Origin: a bacterium
Lineage (GTDB): Bacteria > Bacillota_I > Bacilli_A > RFN20 > CAG-288
NCBI GenBank assembly: GCA_963648975.1
Contig: CAVJFW010000003.1
Coordinates: 2,921 to 66,920 of the forward strand
Reading direction: 5' to 3'
DNA: 64,000 bases
In this document: in pieces, positions 57,374 to 64,000 of the stretch
Layout: the number at the start of each line of letters is the position of its first letter
How positions within the stretch are numbered: the first letter of the stretch is position 1
Translations under genes and position numbers: made by a program
Notes under the pieces: model-generated
What the model was told of the DNA's origin: nothing
Databases searched by the model: none
What the model saw: the letters and a program-made list of their open reading frames with translations, nothing else

Positions 57374-58680
57374 TGCAAATCACTTTGAATCATTACTTCA
57401 ATATGATCATGGAGGCAGAATATCTGTTTTTCTGTCTCTTCTTTTCCTATCATTTCCCAAGGAAAAGACATTTTTATGTAAAAGCTTCGTTGCTTGGACT
57501 GTTGTTTTTGGGAATCTGCTTTTTGTCTCAAAGCATAAATATTGGGAATTTCATCGTATCCAATTCACTGAATTATTCAATCATGTTCATCACCGGCATA
57601 ATCTACCTGTTTTTATGCTTTGATTATCCTCTTCAGTCAGCCCTTTATTTATCCACAATCAGCTATGTCTTCCGTCACATAATATATCTTCTTTGGCAGT
57701 TGCTGACTTATATACTGGAATCTGCCGGTCAGGATATGTCAAATTTCAATTATCTTTGGGTTCTCATGGCAACCATTTCCTTTGTTGCTTATTTGCCTGT
57801 CGGGATATGGCTGTTCCTTCGCATCAAGGAATTTCCTGATGTTGCCCTTCCCAAAATGAAAATCCTTGTTGTTTCCCTGGTCGCTCTTTTTGTTGCCATC
57901 GTTCTTAACAGCTTTTCCATTTATTATGACTTCGATGGATTTTCTCCTTCTCTTCCCTATGTACTGAATATATTTTCCGTTCTATGCTCAGCCATGATCA
58001 TATTCCTTCTTATGAGCAATGCCAAGGAAGTCAGCCTGAAGACGGAAATAGATTCCATAAACCAATTGCGTTATCAGGAAGAAAAACAATATAGGATGAG
58101 CAAGGAATCCATCGACCTGATCAACATAAAATGTCATGATCTGAGACATCAGATCAGAAATTTGAAGAATTCCCACAAACAAATTTCCGAGGATGAACTT
58201 TCCCAGATTGAGGATGCCATCCGTATCTATGACACCAAAGTCAAGACGGGAAACGATTCCCTTGACATCATTCTTCAGGAAAAATCCTTGAAATGCAATA
58301 ATGACAATATTACTTTCGACTATATCATCGATGGAAAACTTCTCTCATTCATGAAGGAAAATGATGTGTATTCCCTGTTCGGCAATATCATTGACAATTC
58401 GATAGAAGCCTGCCTGAAGATATCCGATACTGAGAAGAGAATCATTCGTCTGAAGATAAAAAGTGCGGCAGATGGCGTCTTTGCCATTGAAGAAAACCCC
58501 TACGTCGGTGAGATGAAGATGGTTGATGGATTGCCTGTCACTGACAAGAAAGATTCCGATTATCATGGATTTGGCCTCAAATCGATTCTTCATATCGTGA
58601 AAGCCTATCATGGAACAATGAAAATCACAAACGACAATCAGAATTACAGGATTTCCATCTTCTTCCCGATGAATTCATAA
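57373..58680 (+). CDS. HPK10/AgrC-type sensor histidine kinase
   Basis: About 6 N-terminal TM helices, H-box KCHDLRHQIRNL, and a GHKL ATPase (NIIDNSIEA, HGFGLKSI). It overlaps the RR stop. Confidence 0.75.
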   Translation: MQITLNHYFNMIMEAEYLFFCLFFSYHFPRKRHFYVKASLLGLLFLGICFLSQSINIGNFIVSNSLNYSIMFITGIIYLFLCFDYPLQSALYLSTISYVFRHIIYLLWQLLTYILESAGQDMSNFNYLWVLMATISFVAYLPVGIWLFLRIKEFPDVALPKMKILVVSLVALFVAIVLNSFSIYYDFDGFSPSLPYVLNIFSVLCSAMIIFLLMSNAKEVSLKTEIDSINQLRYQEEKQYRMSKESIDLINIKCHDLRHQIRNLKNSHKQISEDELSQIEDAIRIYDTKVKTGNDSLDIILQEKSLKCNNDNITFDYIIDGKLLSFMKENDVYSLFGNIIDNSIEACLKISDTEKRIIRLKIKSAADGVFAIEENPYVGEMKMVDGLPVTDKKDSDYHGFGLKSILHIVKAYHGTMKITNDNQNYRISIFFPMNS

Positions 58681-58684
58681 AAAA

Positions 58685-58704
58685 AGATCTCCCGAAGGAG
58701 ATCT
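58685..58704. terminator. bidirectional hairpin terminator (HK gene and tRNA)
   Basis: AGATCTCC-CGAA-GGAGATCT perfect hairpin. It is followed by T5 on the minus strand and by a weaker T-rich tail on the plus strand. Confidence 0.6.
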
Positions 58705-58716
58705 CTGTTTACTGAA

Positions 58717-58793
58717 TGGTGAGCCTGGCGTGACTCGAACACGCGGCCCTCTGCTTAGAAGGCAGATGCTCTATCCAACTGAGCTACAGGCCC
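58717..58793 (-). tRNA. tRNA-Arg (anticodon UCU), CCA-encoded
   Basis: The reverse complement reads GGGCCTGTAGCTCAGTTGGATAGAGCATCTGCCTTCTAAGCAGAGGGCCGCGTGTTCGAGTCACGCCAGGCTCACCA. It has a 7-bp acceptor stem, anticodon loop CUUCUAA, T-loop GTTCGAG and a terminal CCA. Confidence 0.9.
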
Positions 58794-58807
58794 AAGACAG
58801 CCTTAGT

Positions 58808-58836
58808 ATATTATCTCAAAGTCACCTTGATTTCAA
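58808..58836 (-). promoter_or_regulatory. sigma-A-type promoter of the tRNA gene
   Basis: On the minus strand: TTGAAA, a 17-nt spacer, then TAATAT, ending 14 nt upstream of tRNA position 1. Confidence 0.5.
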
Positions 58837-59017
58837 GAAGTTTTTACGAATTATACTTCATATTTGTCAAGTGTCCTCCACCAAGGAGAGATTCCACTAA
58901 GTCCATGTCGCAGGAGCTTGAGAGGATTTGATGATTTCATATTGACGGTCATACATGATTTTCTTGTAGAATCGAAAAGGATTTCATAAAATAGGACGAT
59001 AAACTGAGAGGTAAAAC

Positions 59018-60010
59018 ATGTTCGACAAAAAAACATTCAAGCAGTTGCATCAACAATTCAAATATCTGGAAAACAAAATCAAGGAATATGACCATATCGT
59101 CATCTATCGTCATACGTCTCCTGATTTTGATGCCTTGGGTAGTCAAATGGGACTTTACCAGTGGATCGTTGATAATTTTCCTTCCAAGGATGTACATTTC
59201 GTAGGCGAAAACCATCCGACATTCATGCCTGATCTTTTCCCATTTGCTGAAGAGGTCAATGATGAATGGTTCCATCAACCGCATCTTGCCATCACCTGTG
59301 ACATATCCAATCTTCCAAGACTTTCCGGAAAAGAAACACTTGGTTTTGCCAAGGAAGTCATCAAGATTGATCATCACCCCATTCCGGAAAAGGCAGAGGA
59401 ACAGTTTGGTGACTATCTCATCGTCTATCCGGAAAGACCGGCTGCAAGTGAGCTGATTGCATTATTTGCCCTGTCACGTGGAAAAAAATACACGTTGAGC
59501 AAACTTGCCGCACGTTACATGTATTGCGGAATCGTCGGAGATACAGGAAGATTCATGTATCAGGACACGGATGGTGCGACCCTGAGAATATCAGCGGATT
59601 TGCTTGATATCGGTATCGACAAGACTGAGATTTATGACCTTATGTATATGACTGACCAAAGAAGGATGAATATCCTGAAATTTGTTCTCAACAACTACCA
59701 TCTTTCCGAAAAGGGAACCTGCTATTATGTCCTTACGAAGGAAGACCAGGAAAATCTCCATATGACAAGTGATGAAGGAAATCTTCATATCAATACCTTC
59801 CGCAACATGAAGGGTGTCCGTGTTGTTGCTTCTGTCACATGGAACGAACAGAAACAGGAATATCGCGTTTCTTTGAGAAGCGGTCATCTTGTCATTGCCC
59901 CTGTTGCCAACAGGTTTGGTGGTGGTGGACATGATTTTGCAGCTGGATGCAAGCTTAAATCCCTTGATCAGCTTCCGGAACTTGTCAAGGCATTGGATGA
60001 AATCAAATAA
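59018..60010 (+). CDS. nrnA: DHH/DHHA1 phosphoesterase, NrnA-like oligoribonuclease/pAp phosphatase
   Basis: HTSPDFDALGS (DHH motif I/II region), IKIDHHP, GDTGRF and GGGGH (DHHA1). Confidence 0.8.
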   Translation: MFDKKTFKQLHQQFKYLENKIKEYDHIVIYRHTSPDFDALGSQMGLYQWIVDNFPSKDVHFVGENHPTFMPDLFPFAEEVNDEWFHQPHLAITCDISNLPRLSGKETLGFAKEVIKIDHHPIPEKAEEQFGDYLIVYPERPAASELIALFALSRGKKYTLSKLAARYMYCGIVGDTGRFMYQDTDGATLRISADLLDIGIDKTEIYDLMYMTDQRRMNILKFVLNNYHLSEKGTCYYVLTKEDQENLHMTSDEGNLHINTFRNMKGVRVVASVTWNEQKQEYRVSLRSGHLVIAPVANRFGGGGHDFAAGCKLKSLDQLPELVKALDEIK

Positions 60011-60045
60011 GCACCTAAATGAAAAGTGAGCATCAGCTCACTTTT

Positions 60046-60822
60046 TTATATGTCTTTTTCATCAAAATATTTATAGTTTTCAACTTCCTTGTTTCCATCA
60101 AAGTGGATTTCAAGACATGTTGATTCACCATATGGGATTCCGAAAACTTTCTCTTCTGTGGTCTGCTCTGAGGAATTGAATGTCATGTCCTTGATTCCAT
60201 TGTCATTCATATAAGTCATGATAGACATGAATTGTGTGATTTTCGTTTCCTTTAAGAAAAGACAGCTTTCAAAGTCCTTGCATGAATCCTTCCTGGAAAG
60301 AAAACGATAGGAATCGAATGATTCAAGCGTCGTGCTGGTTTCAGATTCATTGTGGACGTAAATCTTGCTGTCATATGTTTTTTTTCTGAGACTTTCTTCG
60401 AGATCCTCTACAGATCCGATGTCACTGAAATCGGTCATATAGTCATCGACTTTGCCTTCATTCAAAAAGAGGATTGCGGAATCAGTGATGTTCAGATGAT
60501 TCTTGCTGTTCATGTATGCGTCATATGTCATGAAGGGGAGGATATAATCATGTTTTTTCACGAAGGTTTTCATGATATAGCCGAACAGATCACAGGAATT
60601 GCATCCTGATGCCAGGACATAAACCATGGAAGAAACTTTTTTTTCACAGATGAAATCATATTCCTCGCTGCTCAGGGAAAGAAAACGAGTTACCTTTGTG
60701 CCTGACATTTCCATACATGCTTTTTCGTAGTGGAGCAAAGGTATCGATGGCTTTGATTCTTCATTCTGACAGCCGCCCATCAAAAGAAGCGTAATCAATA
60801 AAAAGGAAAATCTTTTCTTCAT
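60046..60822 (-). CDS. lipoprotein with one thioredoxin-like CxxC segment
   Basis: Lipobox LMGGC. VYVLASGCNSCDLF resembles the Trx strand-CxxC-helix. It is a paralog-like neighbour of the upstream gene. Confidence 0.5.
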   Translation of the reverse strand: MKKRFSFLLITLLLMGGCQNEESKPSIPLLHYEKACMEMSGTKVTRFLSLSSEEYDFICEKKVSSMVYVLASGCNSCDLFGYIMKTFVKKHDYILPFMTYDAYMNSKNHLNITDSAILFLNEGKVDDYMTDFSDIGSVEDLEESLRKKTYDSKIYVHNESETSTTLESFDSYRFLSRKDSCKDFESCLFLKETKITQFMSIMTYMNDNGIKDMTFNSSEQTTEEKVFGIPYGESTCLEIHFDGNKEVENYKYFDEKDI

Positions 60823-61994
60823 AATTTTTCATTGAGGAATCGTATTGCCGACTTCTTGTCGTAATCCATAGCCAGTGACTGAAGTTCGGAGAGTGCTTTT
60901 TGATAATCGGATGTGACAGGATCAAGACTTTTGACCTTGCTTTTTGACTTGATGGATTTCACTTCTTCATGAAATGCCTTTGCATAAGATAATGTTCTGT
61001 CATCGTTCAAGGATGGATTTTCCTCATTGAGATAAACTTCGATGTCTGAGTAAGAACCGTTTTCGTATCTGACCAATGTGGGTGTATAACCTGTGTGGCT
61101 TCCGTTTTCATCCGTGTTGTAGAAAACGTCTGTATAGAGATGGAATTCATCACAGAAACCAGACCACATATCAAGACCGAGTGCCTTGTATGTATTATCC
61201 TGCATCCTTTTCAGTTGTGCATAGCCGTCGATTTCATAGTAATAAAGTTTTTTGTCCTCATGTTCCAACAGATAGGAATTCAGTACTTCCGTCCTCAGTG
61301 ACTTGCAGTCTTCACATCTTCGCCAGGTGTAAAGAACAACGATGCTATTTTTTCCGCTGATCATGCTTTTCAGATTTGAGGAGGAAAATCCCAATAAATC
61401 AAGATTTTTGGTAGCTTCCAGGTTTTCACTGTTGTCGAGATAATGATATTCGACAAGCCCATCGTTTTCTTTCCCGGTGAAATAATCGTTTGTCATGTAA
61501 AGATTGATTGGCTTGACATATTTCTCGATTGCATAGGCGAAGTCATCATAGGCATCTTTCTGGAATCCGGCTACATGAGAATCTTTCAGTTTCCCTTCCT
61601 TATAGAAAAGGTAGGTCGGCGTTCCAGTGACTTTTGGATACTGGAAGGCGTAGTCTCCTACGCTGTTTGTTGTATCGTCATAGGCTTCCTGATAAATATC
61701 AAAGCTTACTTCATAGATCATGCATTGGTTCTTTTTGATATATTCATCAAGCAGGACTCTTTCATTCTTGCAGTGACTGCAGTTGGGAAGAGTCACGAAA
61801 ACCGCAGCATCCTCATAACGTGTCACGGAACGTAGTTGCTCGGCGCTGACAAGATGGAAAGTCGTGTAGGCACCTTCTGTCTTTCTTAACAGAACCTTGT
61901 TTTCAGCTATGTTTTCCGCTTCCGTCTTTCCGTTGCATGAAAGCAAAGAAAAAGGAAGGAGGGAAAACAACAAAATCCAATTTTTGATTTTCAT
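60819..61994 (-). CDS. lipoprotein with two thioredoxin-fold halves, each with CxxC
   Basis: Lipobox LLSC. Half 1 has FVTLPNCSHCKNE ... TGTPTYLFYKEGK. Half 2 has VLYTWRRCEDCKSL ... GYTPTLVRYENGS (CxxC plus a cis-Pro T-P-T loop). Start at MKIKNW, with GGAGG 7 nt upstream. Confidence 0.6.
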   Translation of the reverse strand: MKIKNWILLFSLLPFSLLSCNGKTEAENIAENKVLLRKTEGAYTTFHLVSAEQLRSVTRYEDAAVFVTLPNCSHCKNERVLLDEYIKKNQCMIYEVSFDIYQEAYDDTTNSVGDYAFQYPKVTGTPTYLFYKEGKLKDSHVAGFQKDAYDDFAYAIEKYVKPINLYMTNDYFTGKENDGLVEYHYLDNSENLEATKNLDLLGFSSSNLKSMISGKNSIVVLYTWRRCEDCKSLRTEVLNSYLLEHEDKKLYYYEIDGYAQLKRMQDNTYKALGLDMWSGFCDEFHLYTDVFYNTDENGSHTGYTPTLVRYENGSYSDIEVYLNEENPSLNDDRTLSYAKAFHEEVKSIKSKSKVKSLDPVTSDYQKALSELQSLAMDYDKKSAIRFLNEKL

Positions 61995-62020
61995 GTTTTC
62001 ACCTCCTTCCGTGAATTTGA

Positions 62021-63274
62021 TCAAAGGCCTAAGATTCTTGCAGTATCCAATGCGATCATCAACTCTTCATCAGTAGGAATGACGGCGACAGGAATCCTGC
62101 TATCCTTGGCGGAAATGATTCCTTCCTTGCCTAAACGCATTTCATCGTTCAGTTTGTCATCGAGGACGATGCCCAATGCTTCCTTGACGCATTCAAATGC
62201 GTGGGCTCTGTACATCGGGGCATTTTCGAAGACACCGGCAGAGCAGACGATCATGTCGACATGACCGAGCTTTCCATAATACATCATGATATATTCTGCG
62301 ATTCTGGAAGAATACATGTCGATGGCCAGCTTGGCTCTCTCATTGCCCTCATTATAAGCGGATTCGACATCTCTGGTATCATTGCTGATTCCGGAAATAC
62401 CGACAAGTCCTGACTTATGGTTATAGGCATCATAGACTTCATCAGCAGTGAGACCTGTGCATTTGCAGATGTATGGCATGCAGGATGGATCGATGTCACC
62501 GGTTCTTGTTCCCATCATGACGCCGGCAAGTGGGGTAAGACCCATACTTGTTGCGATTACCTTGCCATCCTTGATGGCGGCTAATGAAGCACCGGAACCG
62601 ACATGACATGTGATGATGTTGCAGTGCTCGGAATTCGGGAAATAGGTTTCCTTTGCATACTGTGCAAGATACTTGTGGGATGTACCATGTGCACCATATC
62701 TTCTGACATCATATTTTTCATACCATTCGTATGGAATGGCATACATATATTCCTTAGGCTCCATTGTCTGATGGTAGGCTGTATCGAAGACGGCGACTTC
62801 ACCGACATTGGGAAGTGCCTTCTTGAATGCATCATAGCAGGTGAGATGTGCTTCTGCATGAAGTGGATCAAGTGGAACAAGTTCCTTGATCTTGGCATAG
62901 GTATCTTCATTGAATACGGCAGAATCAGAGAAATATTTGCCACCCTGGACAACTCTGTTTCCGACACCATTGATTTCATCAAAACTGGCAATGATTTTCT
63001 CTTCGATGAGACCGTTGAGGACAAGCTTGACACCCTCATCATGGTTCATGATCGGCAAGGTCTTGGAATTCTTGTATCCGCCAGGCTTCTTGATTGTGAA
63101 GATTGCATCATCGTGACCGATTCTTTCGACAAGACCGGAACAGAGGACAGTCATGAATTCGCTCTTTTCCTTGATGGTCTTGGCATTGCATGCCTCTTCC
63201 TTCATTTCGTACAGCTTGAACTTGATGCTGGACGAACCGGCGTTGACACACATGATCTTGTAAGATTTAGACAT
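62021..63274 (-). CDS. ackA: acetate kinase
   Basis: VNAGSSSIKF, RVVQGG, YGAHGTSH and VGSGASL motifs; 417 aa. Confidence 0.95.
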   Translation of the reverse strand: MSKSYKIMCVNAGSSSIKFKLYEMKEEACNAKTIKEKSEFMTVLCSGLVERIGHDDAIFTIKKPGGYKNSKTLPIMNHDEGVKLVLNGLIEEKIIASFDEINGVGNRVVQGGKYFSDSAVFNEDTYAKIKELVPLDPLHAEAHLTCYDAFKKALPNVGEVAVFDTAYHQTMEPKEYMYAIPYEWYEKYDVRRYGAHGTSHKYLAQYAKETYFPNSEHCNIITCHVGSGASLAAIKDGKVIATSMGLTPLAGVMMGTRTGDIDPSCMPYICKCTGLTADEVYDAYNHKSGLVGISGISNDTRDVESAYNEGNERAKLAIDMYSSRIAEYIMMYYGKLGHVDMIVCSAGVFENAPMYRAHAFECVKEALGIVLDDKLNDEMRLGKEGIISAKDSRIPVAVIPTDEELMIALDTARILGL

Positions 63275-63398
63275 TTTAAGCTCCTATTCTTTTTTCGAAC
63301 TGATTTCATTTTAGATTCTGACATGGTTTTTTACAAGGCAAAAACAAATGAAATTTGAATATTGTATGCTATAATCAGTTGATTCGTGGAGGCGAAAT

Positions 63399-64000
63399 AT
63401 GAATTCTTACAGCTTCTTTGATAAATATCTGGATGGGCATTTACCTGATGCCTACAAATATTTTGGTGTACACAAGGGTGTGAAAGACGGAAAGGAAGGG
63501 TATTATTTCCGTGTCTATGCACCTATGGCCAAAAATGTCAGTCTCATCGGTGATTTCAATCGATGGGAGCCTGAGAAAATGGAAAAAGTCGACTACCGTG
63601 GCTTGTATGAAATCTTCAGCGAGAAAGTACATGATGGCGATAAATACAAATTCCAGATATTAGGGTGCGACGGATGCCTCAAGGATAAGCAGGATCCGTT
63701 TGCGTTTGCCGATGAACTCAAGGAACAAACCTGTTCCTATGTTGTTGACATCAACCAGATCCATATTGATGATGAGGAATGGATGAAGAAGAGGGAAAGG
63801 AATTTCTCAAAGCCTGTTTCTATTTATGAATTTCATATGGGTACATGGAAAAGGAAATCAGACAACACTTATTATAACTATTCTGAGCTTGCTGACATCA
63901 TGGTCCCATATCTCAAGGAAATGGGCTATACCCATGTCGAGGCCTTGCCTGTGACTTCCTATCCGAATGATAAATCCTGGGGTTACCAGACCACTGGATA
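63399..64000 (+). CDS. glgB: 1,4-alpha-glucan branching enzyme, 3'-truncated by the window edge
   Basis: My own translation from ATG 63399 (GGAGG 6 nt upstream) gives YFGVH..., FRVYAPMAKNVSLIGDFNRW, IYEFHMGTW and GYTHVEALPV...SWGYQTTG. The frame is still open at 64000, and this ORF is absent from the supplied track. TGcTATAAT lies at 63367-63375. Confidence 0.9.
   Translation, partial: MNSYSFFDKYLDGHLPDAYKYFGVHKGVKDGKEGYYFRVYAPMAKNVSLIGDFNRWEPEKMEKVDYRGLYEIFSEKVHDGDKYKFQILGCDGCLKDKQDPFAFADELKEQTCSYVVDINQIHIDDEEWMKKRERNFSKPVSIYEFHMGTWKRKSDNTYYNYSELADIMVPYLKEMGYTHVEALPVTSYPNDKSWGYQTTG

Noticed and set aside
58717-58793. The solitary tRNA-Arg(UCU) as a possible genomic-island integration site.
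   Set aside because: There is no integrase, recombinase or transposase on either side, and I could not spot a direct repeat of the tRNA 3' end in the flanks. The tRNA has its own promoter and terminator and appears to be simply a stand-alone gene.

Overview
This 64-kb window looks like a chromosomal segment from a low-GC Gram-positive (Bacillota-type) genome. It uses the standard genetic code: TGA ends several conserved genes at the expected length. I call about 60 protein genes, one tRNA-Arg(UCU), two riboswitches (c-di-GMP class I and TPP) and several intrinsic terminators and sigma-A-like promoters. I saw no transposase, integrase, phage module or CRISPR array. Recognisable content, in order:
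- 1.8-7.5 kb: PEP carboxykinase, BirA and a Na+-pumping oxaloacetate decarboxylase cluster.
- 7.8-13.2 kb: housekeeping and accessory enzymes (AlkP-family enzyme, asparaginase, SDR, alpha/beta hydrolase, glutaredoxin-like protein).
- 13.4-17.4 kb: a TetR-led redox/membrane operon.
- 17.5-18.8 kb: a c-di-GMP riboswitch controlling a membrane diguanylate cyclase.
- 18.8-21.4 kb: an ApbE / NusG-II / Gx-transporter trio.
- 21.6-31.8 kb: a 10-kb fatty-acid synthesis/ACC operon.
- 34.5-35.6 kb: a TPP riboswitch with ThiT.
- 35.8-40.2 kb: MgtC, an OmpR-type two-component system and GuaB.
- 40.3-42.5 kb: a collagen-like lipoprotein behind a T16 tract.
- 42.7-45.6 kb: MscL, thioredoxin, TraX and a CPBP protease.
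- 45.7-50.5 kb: an orphan 1597-aa membrane protein.
- 50.5-54.3 kb: two DegV proteins, a YigZ-like protein, Mrp and a HEPN-like/CBS protein.
- 54.3-58.7 kb: a large lipoprotein with a LytTR/HPK10 two-component system.
- 58.7-64.0 kb: the tRNA, NrnA, two thioredoxin-fold lipoproteins behind AckA, and the 5' part of GlgB.
The strongest candidate for something undescribed is the fatty-acid operon. It has a fused KS/KS-like (CLF-like) 796-aa condensing enzyme and two divergent ACPs. It has no FabH and no recognisable enoyl-ACP reductase. An iron-sulfur-flavoprotein-like gene, translationally coupled to fabZ, sits where a reductase would be expected. All calls rest on reading the sequence and ORF translations by eye; no database search was run.
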